Positions 51,020 to 60,808 of a DNA stretch of 63,461 nt are shown in pieces; position 1 is the stretch's first letter; every line of letters begins with the position of its first letter. Both the position numbers and the translations under genes were made by a program. The stretch lies in sequence record DRR378314_1709. One strand, 5' to 3'. The notes below the pieces were generated by a model. The model worked only from the letters and a program-made list of their open reading frames with translations. It ran no database searches and was not told the origin of the DNA.

Positions 51020-51966
51020 TAGCTGGCCTTAGTTTCCCGTTGTTTATGTTCAATTAGTTGCTGTTTTGTCAGTAAGAATACCCCGTCACCGCCATTTGCA
51101 AACTCAAGCCACATAAAAGGCGTTTTCGGATACTTTTCAGCTAAAGCCGGCATTGAATTGCCCACCTCACAAACAAACAGGCCGCCGTCGTTCAACAAGT
51201 CCGAAGCCTGCATCAGCATTTTGTCTACCAAAATTAAACCATCTTCACCGGCTGCCAGCCCAAGTTCCGGTTCGTGGTGATACTCAGGTGGTAAATCAGT
51301 CATATCTTCGGCATCAACATACGGAGGATTGGTAACAATCAAATCGTATTTTTCGGCTTTTACTGCATCGAATAAGTCCGACTGAATGGGTGTCACTCTA
51401 TGAGTTAAACCGTGCTGTTCAATGTTGAACTCAGCCACTTCCAGGGCTTCGGTGGAAATATCCAGCGCATCGACTTCGGCTTCGGGAAAGGCATAGGCAC
51501 AGGCTATAGCAATACAGCCACCGCCGGTGCATAAGTCCAGAACACGGTGCGGGGCTTCGACTAACCAAGTCTGAAAGCCATTTTCAATAAGCTCGGCTAT
51601 TGGAGAGCGTGGCACCAGAACCCGTTCGTCGACATAAAATGGTAATCCGGCAAACCAGGCCTGATGAGTCAGATACGCAGCCGGAATGTGCTGCTCAATG
51701 CGTTGCTTTAATAACTCGGCAAACTCTTGTTTCTCAGAGTTGAGCATACGGCAATGACCCATAGCGGCTAACTGAGCCGTTGTTAGCTGTAACACGAAGC
51801 TTAATAAAGCCCGGGTTTCATCAATTGGGTTGTCGGTGCCATGACCATAATACACGTCAGACTGGTTTAGCTGAGTAACGCTCCAGCGAGTAATGTCGTC
51901 AATGCTTACTAACTCTTGAATGGCTTGTTCCAGATTACGCACTTGCAAAGGCTGTCTCCCGACCAC
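51019..51966 (-). CDS. prmB: 50S ribosomal protein L3 glutamine methyltransferase
   Basis: [38 protein letters not shown] and NPPY motifs. Confidence 0.96.
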   Translation of the reverse strand: MVGRQPLQVRNLEQAIQELVSIDDITRWSVTQLNQSDVYYGHGTDNPIDETRALLSFVLQLTTAQLAAMGHCRMLNSEKQEFAELLKQRIEQHIPAAYLTHQAWFAGLPFYVDERVLVPRSPIAELIENGFQTWLVEAPHRVLDLCTGGGCIAIACAYAFPEAEVDALDISTEALEVAEFNIEQHGLTHRVTPIQSDLFDAVKAEKYDLIVTNPPYVDAEDMTDLPPEYHHEPELGLAAGEDGLILVDKMLMQASDLLNDGGLFVCEVGNSMPALAEKYPKTPFMWLEFANGGDGVFLLTKQQLIEHKQRETKAS

Positions 51967-52034
51967 TGAATGTTTTATACTGAATAAACTTAATGCCTTA
52001 AAGATACCTTAATTCAGCGCGGTTTTCATCAATC

Positions 52035-52598
52035 ATGGTCGTAAACAAACGTCAGTCATCATCACTTTCTGAAGACGATATCGAGCTTTTTCGTGAAGCC
52101 GCAAAAGGTGCTGCCCGTATAAAGCAGGACAAACTGCCGCCGGAACCACCAAAAATTGCTGAATTACGGAAGCGCCGACAGCTATCGCAAGACCCCAGCG
52201 CCCAGCAAATTGCCGACGCCAGTCGCTCGGCCAGTCATTATTTTTCCGATGATTTTGAAGCGCACTTTGCCGACGGCCCGGTACGTTTTTCCGCGGAGGG
52301 TGAGTCGGGGTATTTGGTTAAGCAATTACGCCGGGGAGACTACACGCCCGAGTTACTACTGGACTTACACGGCATGACGTTAGCCACGGCGCGCCAGGAG
52401 TTAGCGGCGTTATTACTGGCATGTGAGCGCGAACACATAGACTGTTGCTGCATTATGCACGGGCACGGCAGTGGTAAATTAAAGCAGCAGTTGCCACACT
52501 GGCTGGTGCAGCATCCGCATGTTCGGGCGTTTCATCAAGCGCCGCTAGAATGGGGTGGCGCAGCGTCGCTATTGGTACTGTTAAAAGTAGCGAGCTAG
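52035..52598 (+). CDS. smrB: Endonuclease SmrB (ribosome-collision nuclease)
   Basis: LRRGDY.PEL.LDLHG, MHGHG and WL.QHP.V.AFHQAP..WGG motifs. Divergent from prmB. Confidence 0.93.
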   Translation: MVVNKRQSSSLSEDDIELFREAAKGAARIKQDKLPPEPPKIAELRKRRQLSQDPSAQQIADASRSASHYFSDDFEAHFADGPVRFSAEGESGYLVKQLRRGDYTPELLLDLHGMTLATARQELAALLLACEREHIDCCCIMHGHGSGKLKQQLPHWLVQHPHVRAFHQAPLEWGGAASLLVLLKVAS

Positions 52599-52601
52599 CA
52601 G

Positions 52602-53084
52602 TTAGCCAGCACACCGCTCTGCTATTAATAGTTGCTGAAACTTGCCGCGTAAGGTTTCCGGCGAAAAGTCGACAACCGCAATACCCGCTGTCGGAAAAAT
52701 AGGAGGCTGCACGCTGGCATCCAGCTCATGCACTAAATAACTCACTAGCGGCATGTGCGACACCAACACCACACTCTCGTAGCCGTGCTGTTGAATTTCT
52801 GCAGCAAGCCAACTGACAACCGAACCGGCATGACCATCGGGCGTAATGTCATCGCAATTTTGCTTCTGCCCGGTTTTCAGATGCGACAATAAAATAGAAG
52901 CCGTTTGCTGAGCTCGTATATAAGGGCTGACGTAAACACAGTCTACTTTCGGTTGCTTGTCTATGAGCCAATTGGTTGTGGTTATAACTTCGCGCTCGCC
53001 ATTTGTTGTTAAGCGACGCTCGCGATCGGAGTAACTGCCCTTGGGGTAGTTTGCTTCACCGTGACGCATAATATACAGCTTCAT
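52602..53084 (-). CDS. sixA: Phosphohistidine phosphatase SixA
   Basis: MRHGEA, SPY.RAQQT and SHMPLV motifs. Confidence 0.92.
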   Translation of the reverse strand: MKLYIMRHGEANYPKGSYSDRERRLTTNGEREVITTTNWLIDKQPKVDCVYVSPYIRAQQTASILLSHLKTGQKQNCDDITPDGHAGSVVSWLAAEIQQHGYESVVLVSHMPLVSYLVHELDASVQPPIFPTAGIAVVDFSPETLRGKFQQLLIAERCAG

Positions 53085-53446
53085 TCTGGCTTGGACTCCT
53101 CAGCCTGCGCTCGACGTTTTGCGTCTGGTCGGCCACCGGTTACCCGGTCTGCCCGGCCGGACTGCTTAGCTTCTTCCGCACGACGTTTACGTACGGCTTT
53201 TGGATCGGCAATTAGCGGACGATAAATTTCAATGCGGTCACCGTCTCGCGGTTGTGCATTTAATTTCACCGTCTTATTCCAGATACCCACTTTTTGCTGT
53301 TCAAGATCAATTTCCGGAAACTGCTCGAGCACATCCGACATGCGTATGCACTCTTCCACCGTTGCGCCCTCTTGCGGATGCACCGTTAACAGTACTTGTT
53401 TTTCCGGCGTAGCGTAGGCCACTTCAATGGTTAATTTATTGCCCAT
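53081..53446 (-). CDS. ratB: RnfH/RatB ubiquitin-like protein
   Basis: IEVAYA.P.KQ and [19 protein letters not shown] motifs. Start probably at ATG 53446. Confidence 0.9.
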   Translation of the reverse strand: MGNKLTIEVAYATPEKQVLLTVHPQEGATVEECIRMSDVLEQFPEIDLEQQKVGIWNKTVKLNAQPRDGDRIEIYRPLIADPKAVRKRRAEEAKQSGRADRVTGGRPDAKRRAQAEESKPE

Positions 53447-53882
53447 GCTGGTTTCCATACACCTGCTCCGCCCTTTTCACAAAGGCATCGACCATACGAG
53501 AAGTCACTTCTTTAAATATTTTACCAAAGGCCATGCCCAGCAAGCGACTGGAAAACTCAAAGTCCAGCTTAAGCTCAACTTTACAAGCGTCGTCGGCCAG
53601 TGGTGTAAATACCCAGCCACCGGTCAATTTTTTAAATGGCCCGTCTACCAGGCCCATATCTATACGTTCGGGTTCGTGCAGCGTATTGCGGGTGGTAAAG
53701 GTTTTGCTGATACCCGCCTTGCTTATATCTAACGCAGCCACTTTTTGTTGGCTGGACGACTCCAGCACCCGCGCGGCAGCACATCCGGGCACAAACTCCG
53801 GGTAAGCTTCAACGTGGTTAACGAGGTCGAACATTTGTTTGGCGCTGTACGAAACTAAAGCACTTTTCTCGATACTCGGCAT
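53436..53882 (-). CDS. ratA: RatA/PasT (Coq10-like START domain) protein
   Basis: SALV.YSA.QMFDLVN.V..YPEF.PGC, GPFKKL.G.W.F and MVDAFVKRA motifs. Divergent from smpB. Start at ATG 53882. Confidence 0.93.
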   Translation of the reverse strand: MPSIEKSALVSYSAKQMFDLVNHVEAYPEFVPGCAAARVLESSSQQKVAALDISKAGISKTFTTRNTLHEPERIDMGLVDGPFKKLTGGWVFTPLADDACKVELKLDFEFSSRLLGMAFGKIFKEVTSRMVDAFVKRAEQVYGNQHGQ

Positions 53883-53989
53883 TTTTTTACCTACGACTAA
53901 AATCAACTGCGCAATAATAACGCAACCAGAAACGCTTTGAAGCCCTTAAAGCAATTTTCTTTTCAGTGCGCATAGGTATAATGGCTGTC

Positions 53990-54469
53990 ATGAGTAAAAA
54001 GAAACCACAACAATCATCCAATACCATAGCTCGTAATAAAAAAGCGCGGCATGAATACTTCCTTGAAGACAAGTTCGAGGCCGGTGTTAGTTTGCAAGGC
54101 TGGGAAATTAAGAGCATACGGGCTGGCAAGGTCAACATTAGCGACAGCTACGTCATTATTAAAAATGGCGAGGCTTACCTTTTGGGTGCCGAAATTCAGC
54201 CTCTTAACCAAGCCTCAAGCCACGTTTATTGCGAGCCAGACCGCAGCCGTAAACTGCTGCTGAAGCGCCGCGAGCTGGATAAGCTTATTGGCGCCTCAGA
54301 GCGTGAGGGCTATTCCATAGTTGCCACAACCATGTACTGGAAAGGCCCATGGGCAAAGCTGGAAATATTTTTAGCCCAGGGTAAAAAGTCACACGACAAA
54401 CGCGACACCATTAAAGAGCGCGACTGGCAACGCCAGAAGGCTCGGATAATGAAGCATTCGGTGCGTTAG
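53990..54469 (+). CDS. smpB: SsrA-binding protein
   Basis: [28 protein letters not shown] and GKK.HDKRD.IKERDW motifs. Confidence 0.98.
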   Translation: MSKKKPQQSSNTIARNKKARHEYFLEDKFEAGVSLQGWEIKSIRAGKVNISDSYVIIKNGEAYLLGAEIQPLNQASSHVYCEPDRSRKLLLKRRELDKLIGASEREGYSIVATTMYWKGPWAKLEIFLAQGKKSHDKRDTIKERDWQRQKARIMKHSVR

Positions 54470-54923
54470 TTGGAACTTCAGGTGCGTCATTCAGGCGTGC
54501 CTGTTGAAGTTTCAATAGTTGATTGAGCAGCCTTTCGAGCTCTCCGTCAAAAGTATCCAGCTCAACCCGGGCATCCATAAGAATGTTGGTGGTCTGACGT
54601 AAATTGAGTAATGCCAGATTGAACCACACATTCCGATCAGAAGAGTTAAGTCTCAGAGATTGCCCGTAAGCTGATTCGCTAGCTTTAAAACGATACTGTC
54701 TAAAGTAAATGTTACCGAGTAGCGCCCAACTTTTATCCGTCCCTAACCCCTTACGGTGTAACCATTGCAAATGCTGTTCCGCTGATAAGAGATCGCCATT
54801 TTTATACCAGTTAATGGCGGTATCCAGGCTCTGTTCCCTAACTTGCCTCTCTTCTACTGTCGCGCTACAGCCTTGATTAATTAGGCTCAATAGCAATACA
54901 GCAATCAAAATGCTTGTTTTCAT
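54411..54923 (-). CDS. TPR-containing putative lipoprotein (TadD-like)
   Basis: Signal peptide ending QGC and a TPR-like repeat W..LGNIY...YRF..SESAY..SL......WFNLALL. Last gene of the Tad cluster. Confidence 0.65.
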   Translation of the reverse strand: MKTSILIAVLLLSLINQGCSATVEERQVREQSLDTAINWYKNGDLLSAEQHLQWLHRKGLGTDKSWALLGNIYFRQYRFKASESAYGQSLRLNSSDRNVWFNLALLNLRQTTNILMDARVELDTFDGELERLLNQLLKLQQARLNDAPEVPTNAPNASLSEPSGVASRAL

Positions 54924-55269
54924 TTAGCTCTCCATGCTTGTTTATAAACTTTAATCTCTTTCCAACCCATTTTTCTAAAGGCCAAAAGTTTCCAGCAGCC
55001 ATTTCAATTAATCCGTGAGCTCCTTTAAAGCGAGCGATTTCATTGGGACAAATGAATCGACGAACCTCTATAATTTGATTTCCTTTGTCGAGGGCCACAA
55101 CATCAATTGGCTCTTTCATTCCCCAAGTGTGTATTGACCTACAAAATGGAAACCAAAAGGCCATCTCTGGCGTTGGTTGCTGCTCGCCCAGCATGCCAAT
55201 TAACCTTTGATGAAACTTTTTCATGGCCTTCACCTTGGGCCATGCAATAATTTCTTTCTCACTCGTCAT
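54877..55269 (-). CDS. DUF192 family protein
   Basis: RL.GM...C.SIHT.GM..PIDVV.LD and IEM.AG motifs. ATG 55269 overlaps the tadC stop. Confidence 0.78.
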   Translation of the reverse strand: MTSEKEIIAWPKVKAMKKFHQRLIGMLGEQQPTPEMAFWFPFCRSIHTWGMKEPIDVVALDKGNQIIEVRRFICPNEIARFKGAHGLIEMAAGNFWPLEKWVGKRLKFINKHGELNENKHFDCCIAIEPN

Positions 55270-56054
55270 CCAAACCCTCCTTGGCTTATTTGAACAATAA
55301 CTGGCCCGAGAATAACCAGAAAGTTTACGGGAAAAAAACAAGTTACTAGTGGAAAAAGGAGCTTTACGGGCGCTTCTTGCGCTCTCTTCTCCGCTGAGTT
55401 TAGTAGATCCTGTCTTAATTGGTTAGCATAAAACCTTAACGACTTGGTTAGGCTAGTTCCTTGCTGATATCCTTTTATTAGCATCGAACTCCACTCATGG
55501 ATCTGCTTCGCATCATACCGTTCAGATAGTTCATACATTGACTGAGCAAAACTTGTCCCTCGTCGCAACCGACTGAGCATCGATGTGATCTCCCGCGCAA
55601 GCAGAAGATCGCTGCACGACGCAGATACCTTTTCTAAAGCGGAAATTAACGGAATACCTGAAGCAATCATCATAGAAATTAGATCACAAAAATCAGGAAG
55701 TTGGCGAACTATCGCTTTATTATTTTTTAGAGCTAACTGTCTTCTCTTATTTATTACCATTAGTAGTAAGAGAACATAAGCGATACTTAAAAGCCAAACC
55801 CCGGAAAGCAGGGAAATAGAGACAGATACACATGCCATAAAAACCCAGAAGAAAAATGATCGCGCGGCTCCTTTTAGAAAATCTACTTCCAGATAACGAA
55901 CAGTCCATCTTTTGACATTTTCCGGTAAAACCGACCACATTTTTGACACTGCATAATCAAGCTTTTGCCCAAGCCCCAGTATTTGCCAGAACGCGAGGAC
56001 TAAAAGCGAAAAGCTAAGAGTAGCGAGAAATGTTAAGACAGCAACTATAATCAT
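55266..56054 (-). CDS. tadC: Tad inner membrane platform protein TadC (T2SS F family)
   Basis: LPDFCDLI...IASG, G.SL...LR..A...R and AEKRAQEAPVKLLFPL..CFFP motifs. Confidence 0.85.
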   Translation of the reverse strand: MIIVAVLTFLATLSFSLLVLAFWQILGLGQKLDYAVSKMWSVLPENVKRWTVRYLEVDFLKGAARSFFFWVFMACVSVSISLLSGVWLLSIAYVLLLLMVINKRRQLALKNNKAIVRQLPDFCDLISMMIASGIPLISALEKVSASCSDLLLAREITSMLSRLRRGTSFAQSMYELSERYDAKQIHEWSSMLIKGYQQGTSLTKSLRFYANQLRQDLLNSAEKRAQEAPVKLLFPLVTCFFPVNFLVILGPVIVQISQGGFG

Positions 56055-56902
56055 TTTTCATCTTCCGGATGCATAATTCGCTTAACCATCCATCCACCAA
56101 TAATCATCAATATAAGAGCCACTATAAGCATAAAAATACCAACGCGTGACTCAGTGAAAAGCGCTGTATGTTCTGGTTTCATCCAACTTAAAAGAAAATA
56201 CAATCCAACCGGCATCATAACGAGAATTTTAGCCTGCATTCTGGCTTGTGAAGTCAGCGTTATCTGCCGCTCTTTAATGTGCTGCTGTTGTTGGAGGTTG
56301 TCAGCCAACCTTAGAAATAAATCCGACTGTTGCCCTCCACTTTTCAAACCTAGAACTAAAGATTGAACCACGAGTTTAATGGAGAAAACAGGAACTCTCC
56401 GCTGCCAGTCTTCCAGGCAATCTGTTAAGGGTTTACCCACTTTTTCCTGTCTCAATAGCTCGTCCACCTCTTGTCCTAAAGGAGCTAATAACGTTCCTTT
56501 TAAATTCTTCAAAGCTGCTCCGACACTCGTACCACTTCTTAACTGGTTACTAAGCCCGATCAACATACCGGGCAACTGTTTTTCAATTTTTATGTAACGT
56601 TGCTTCTTAAGATGACGATAAACAAATGGAGGAGCCAACAAAGTCAGAATAAACGTCGCTACTGCCCAGGTTCTATTAACATAAAACCATACGATTAGAG
56701 GCGATAAGAGTGTGACTACCAGATAACTTCTGACCAAAATTGTTACCGGCATTCTCAAGAAAAATTCTTCTAAAGAGCGTACCGTTGATAGCGTCAGTTT
56801 GTCTTCAAGTTGTCGATATCGCTTTGGTGTTAAATGCGAAAAGATCCATAGCCAGCAAAGTCCGCTGCAAACGATTAAGAGGGCTAATCCGAAGATGAAC
56901 AT
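56051..56902 (-). CDS. tadB: Tad inner membrane platform protein TadB (T2SS F family)
   Basis: QLP..L....NQLRSG.S, PL.QE and LTSQARMQA.IL..MP motifs with a C-terminal TM. Confidence 0.85.
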   Translation of the reverse strand: MFIFGLALLIVCSGLCWLWIFSHLTPKRYRQLEDKLTLSTVRSLEEFFLRMPVTILVRSYLVVTLLSPLIVWFYVNRTWAVATFILTLLAPPFVYRHLKKQRYIKIEKQLPGMLIGLSNQLRSGTSVGAALKNLKGTLLAPLGQEVDELLRQEKVGKPLTDCLEDWQRRVPVFSIKLVVQSLVLGLKSGGQQSDLFLRLADNLQQQQHIKERQITLTSQARMQAKILVMMPVGLYFLLSWMKPEHTALFTESRVGIFMLIVALILMIIGGWMVKRIMHPEDEK

Positions 56903-58107
56903 AATCCATCTCCCATAAGTGACTCCCAGACCTCTTGACGAATATCGTCCCCTTGCTCATCTGCGAACTTACATAATGTCATACTACTTATTAATGATTG
57001 AGTCGTATTGCTTCTTTCAAATAGTGGTGACAGCTGTAAAACATTATCGTCTATCCCCGTAACTTCACTGATACTAAGCACGGCTCTTCGGCCATCAGAA
57101 AGACGCGCTATCTGAACCACAATATTAACAGCACTGGCTATTTGCTGTCTTAACGCAGAAATCGGAAGCTCTATTCCACCCATCAAGACCATAATTTCCA
57201 AACGTCTTAAAGCATCGCGAGCGCTGTTCGCATGAACGGTACTCAAAGATCCCGCATGACCCGTGTTCATAGCCTGTAACATGTCTAAAGCTTCCGACCC
57301 ACGGCACTCACCTACAATAAGTCGATCAGGACGCATTCGCAGTGCATTGATAACGAGTTCACGAATATTTATAGCCCCTGTTCCCTCCTGATTTTTAGGT
57401 CTGGCCTCAAGACTTATCAGATTATTGTGATCTAATTGCAGTTCAGCCGCGTCTTCGATACTTATAATTCTTTCACCTTCAGGAATTTCCTGAGATAGAA
57501 TATTTAATAAGGTTGTTTTACCCGTTCCTGTTCCACCAGAAACAATAATATTTTGGCGACAACGAACAGCAAGCCTTAAGAATTCAGCAGCTTGCTCCGT
57601 TAATGAGCCACTATCTACCAAGTCCTCGATCGTTAGCGATTTCTTGGTGAACTTTCGAATAGTGAGACACGACCCTTTGGTTGCTAAAGGAGCTAGAACA
57701 GCGTTTACGCGAGAACCGTCTGGTAGACGAGCATCGACCATGGGGGATGCATCATCAACGTGACGGCCTAAAGGCAGAACAATCTTATCGATGGTTCGCC
57801 GCAGGGAAACCTCGTTACTGAATTGTTCATCCGCTTTCTTCAACTTACCTGAGCGCTCAACATAGATCTGATCATAACTATTGACCATGATTTCAGTTAC
57901 TGAATCATCTTCTAAAAGACCCTCAATAGGCCCCAGGCCAATGACTTCAGCTACTGCATCTGCTATATCTTTTCCAGACTCGCCTGTAGTTTCCTTTAAA
58001 TAGGATTCAGCATAGCGCCTCAACTCACATTCACTCATAGACTAAAAACGCGGATCTCTGGTATCTAAATGCTCTTTGAGGCTGTTAATTAAATTAACTG
58101 ATATCAT
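56884..58107 (-). CDS. tadA: Tad assembly ATPase TadA/CpaF, with an in-frame TAG at codon 22 (58042-58044); open ORF resumes at ATG 58038
   Basis: GLGPIE.LL.D..VTEIMVN, Walker A GGTGTGKTT, LRMRPDRLIVGECRG and AMNTGH motifs. The upstream in-frame ATG 58107 has an RBS and an ATGA overlap with the rcpA stop. Confidence 0.85.
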
Positions 58108-59318
58108 CGAAATGTCTCCCTTAGCTGTAAAATGGAGTCCTTCTGGTACCAGTCGTGTTTTTGCGCTAACCGTTTTTGCTTATCATGCAACCGCTCTTTA
58201 GCCGTATCCATACGCTCAGCCGTAACCATAATAATTAGTTCGGTGGTTTGCTCTCTGTTTTGCTGACTTCTGAAAGCATTTTCCAGAATCGGTAATGAAC
58301 CTAAACCCGGTATCTGGTCATCCTGAGCTGACTCATCTGTACTTAAAAGACCAGACAAAACCAGTGTGTCTCCATCATTTGAGAGAAACACCGATTCCGT
58401 ACGACGACTAAGTATGCCCGGTACACCTGAAACCGAAACAGCAGGATCAATATTGCTTAATTCGGCATGAAGCTGCGTTTTTATTCTGTTGTCATCTAAA
58501 ACCACCGGCTGAATAACAAGCCTTATACCGTATTCGCGGAAAGTAACGTCCTGCATACCCTGCGCGACAACTTGAGGAATAGGCAGTTCTCCTCCCGCAA
58601 GAAACGTCGCCTTCTCACCGCTTTGGGTAGATAAAACAGGATTTGCCAATAGTTTGGCGAGACCGCGTCGCTGCATAAGCATCAGTTGGGAATTCATTTC
58701 GGCGTCCCACTCGAACAAACCTGATAAAGAGCTCGAAAATGTAGGGCCGCTCGTTGTCCCTTGCCATCTAATTCCAAGGTCTTCGAGATACTGGCGCTTG
58801 GTTTCCAGAATATTGACTCGCAAAGTCAACATAGGAGGCTCTTCCTGAAAAGATTCAGTTAAATTTAAAATCTCTTCGTGATTCTCGGAAATTTTCTCGA
58901 GTTCTTCGTAATTTCTTTTGGATACCTTGCCCGATAAAACTGTAAGCCCTGACTTTTCTGTTTTGTTAAGACTCTGTTCTGCTTCAGATATAGCTTCTAA
59001 ACGCCCTTCCAGGGAGAGTTTCAGGCTAGCCGTTACCATAATCTTTAACTCTTTTAATACCTCTTCGGATTTGAGCCAGATATCAGCTTTGCCAACTCCC
59101 ACCCCTCTTAGAATTGCCCTGCTATTATCAAGCACATGAACATCTACAACACTCTCATCACTGATAAGAATATCGCTTCCAGGTTCTATACTGATAATTC
59201 GAGTCTCACCTTCTTCAAGATAGTAGGAGCTATGATTAACCTCGGCCCGAGCACTAAGGGCGACGAAAAATAACAAAGTCACGACTAAGTAATGTTTGAA
59301 CTTTACTGAACCTTCCAT
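58104..59318 (-). CDS. rcpA: Tad secretin RcpA/CpaC
   Basis: Signal peptide and an N-terminal pilus-formation domain. Secretin motifs LANP.L...SGE.ATFLAGGELPIP, EYGIRL...P, IPGLG.LPIL...F and EL.I.VT. Confidence 0.88.
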   Translation of the reverse strand: MEGSVKFKHYLVVTLLFFVALSARAEVNHSSYYLEEGETRIISIEPGSDILISDESVVDVHVLDNSRAILRGVGVGKADIWLKSEEVLKELKIMVTASLKLSLEGRLEAISEAEQSLNKTEKSGLTVLSGKVSKRNYEELEKISENHEEILNLTESFQEEPPMLTLRVNILETKRQYLEDLGIRWQGTTSGPTFSSSLSGLFEWDAEMNSQLMLMQRRGLAKLLANPVLSTQSGEKATFLAGGELPIPQVVAQGMQDVTFREYGIRLVIQPVVLDDNRIKTQLHAELSNIDPAVSVSGVPGILSRRTESVFLSNDGDTLVLSGLLSTDESAQDDQIPGLGSLPILENAFRSQQNREQTTELIIMVTAERMDTAKERLHDKQKRLAQKHDWYQKDSILQLRETFR

Positions 59319-60010
59319 GGTTGCACCTTGCTTTGTTTAGAATCTTGATGCCAAATACTTGCTTGCTCTAAATGACGGCCTCTCGCCCAGACCAACATTG
59401 GACTTCCAATAGCTCTTGTAAATGCGGCTACCTTCTCGGGCTCCACCAACAATGTCAGCGAATATGAACCATATCCCTCCTGCAAGCCGTGGATATCGAA
59501 AACCTCAATTTCTTCAAATGAAACGTATTGTCTTGAGTTTTCAAAAGACTCGCCGACAAATACAATATCGACCAGATCTCCGACTTTCAGCAGCGCATTG
59601 TGGTGGCCTAAATTGTCCGTAGTGACCGTAATAGCGTAGTAACCGTTAGGCAGAACTTCCGATAAACCATTGTTCTGATTATTCGATAGAACGCGTTCAG
59701 AAACCGGTTCACCAGATTTAACAGAACTTCGCAGTTTCCTACCGATAATCAAATTAGCGGCGCTCTCCAAATACCAATGCTCATTGATAAGTTCGTGCGG
59801 ATATTTTCGAACCAAGAGGTCGCTTACTTCTAAAATATCCCCGACATTAAGATCTTTGGAAAAAACAACAACACTATCAGCATTTCCTGACGCCTCTTGA
59901 AGTCGTCGGGAAGTTTCTTGCTGTAGATATTGATTAATTAGAAAAATCGTCACCATCGAAATTATTGAGCTAAAAATCACGGCAAAAATCCATTTCGCCT
60001 TTTTTTTCAT
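59303..60010 (-). CDS. cpaB: Flp pilus assembly protein CpaB/RcpC
   Basis: N-terminal TM, SAF domain VVV...DL..GD.L...DL, LP.GY.AIT and L.VGD.VD motifs. Start at ATG 60010 after GGAGGA. Confidence 0.85.
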   Translation of the reverse strand: MKKKAKWIFAVIFSSIISMVTIFLINQYLQQETSRRLQEASGNADSVVVFSKDLNVGDILEVSDLLVRKYPHELINEHWYLESAANLIIGRKLRSSVKSGEPVSERVLSNNQNNGLSEVLPNGYYAITVTTDNLGHHNALLKVGDLVDIVFVGESFENSRQYVSFEEIEVFDIHGLQEGYGSYSLTLLVEPEKVAAFTRAIGSPMLVWARGRHLEQASIWHQDSKQSKVQPWKVQ

Positions 60011-60198
60011 GATCCTCCTCCTGGTATTAGTACTAAATAGCGCCAAATAAAATAATAAAACTCTTTCGCCTCACGACCCACTTCAATTAGGTAGTCAATG
60101 AGTGAAAGTTGCTCTTCAACAACAAATAAAATGGTCATTATTAAGAGAGAGAGCAATAACCACTCTGTCGATGCCTGGCCATTTTGTTGTCTTCTCAT
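60007..60198 (-). CDS. Small prepilin-like protein (63 aa)
   Basis: Basic leader then G|QASTE with Glu at +5 and a hydrophobic helix. ATGA-coupled at both ends. Confidence 0.7.
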   Translation of the reverse strand: MRRQQNGQASTEWLLLSLLIMTILFVVEEQLSLIDYLIEVGREAKEFYYFIWRYLVLIPGGGS

Positions 60199-60701
60199 AG
60201 AACATGAACCAAAATCACATACTCACCTTGCTCGGAGAACATTAGGCGTCCCATATCTTCTTTAAAGATCCAAAAGTCATGGGGTTTCTCAATCGATTGA
60301 AAAGAATCGATTTTTTGGCTGTAAGTTAATTTTAATACGTTTTTTATATCTTTGAATTTGAATGTCGATAAATAAACCCAGACCTCTTTTCCATTTTTCC
60401 GGTTTTTTGAAATGGCATGAAAAGGCCCGTCAAGCTTAGGCTTTTCCATATACGGAAGAATTATTTTACTTAAAATCCATGAACCATCATTTCCTTTGAA
60501 GAAAGTCCAGTTGTCTTCTCCAATTGGACAGATCCAAAAATCTCCATGAGGGGCTGGACAGTAGGAATAGAAATCTTCAATAACACTCCAGTCTGGAACA
60601 TTAGGACTTTGTAAAAAATAAGCAGTAGCCGTCGCATTCTGAGAAATTGGCATTTCAGACCATTCCCATTTATCAAACCCTGCAGGAATATCAGCAATCA
60701 T
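60195..60701 (-). CDS. Hypothetical protein, paralog of 60809..61309
   Basis: Aligns without gaps to the adjacent ORF. AAGGTG RBS-like sequence upstream. Confidence 0.75.
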   Translation of the reverse strand: MIADIPAGFDKWEWSEMPISQNATATAYFLQSPNVPDWSVIEDFYSYCPAPHGDFWICPIGEDNWTFFKGNDGSWILSKIILPYMEKPKLDGPFHAISKNRKNGKEVWVYLSTFKFKDIKNVLKLTYSQKIDSFQSIEKPHDFWIFKEDMGRLMFSEQGEYVILVHVL

Positions 60702-60808
60702 ATACGCACCTTAATTAAAGCTTTACTAAGAATTTGTTACAGCTAAACCCACAGATTTTTAGAAAAGTAATTTTCCATTTTTATGTAGATAAATCTTTAG
60801 TATTCCAG

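Noticed and set aside
53081..53882. ratA/ratB as a type II toxin-antitoxin defence system
   Set aside because: A core conserved pair next to smpB. RatA/PasT is a Coq10-like protein, so the pair is not evidence of an accessory system.
54460..54487. GGTGCGT direct repeat at the smpB/Tad junction as an att site
   Set aside because: Only 7 bp, with copies 21 nt apart, and no integrase or matching distal copy in the window.
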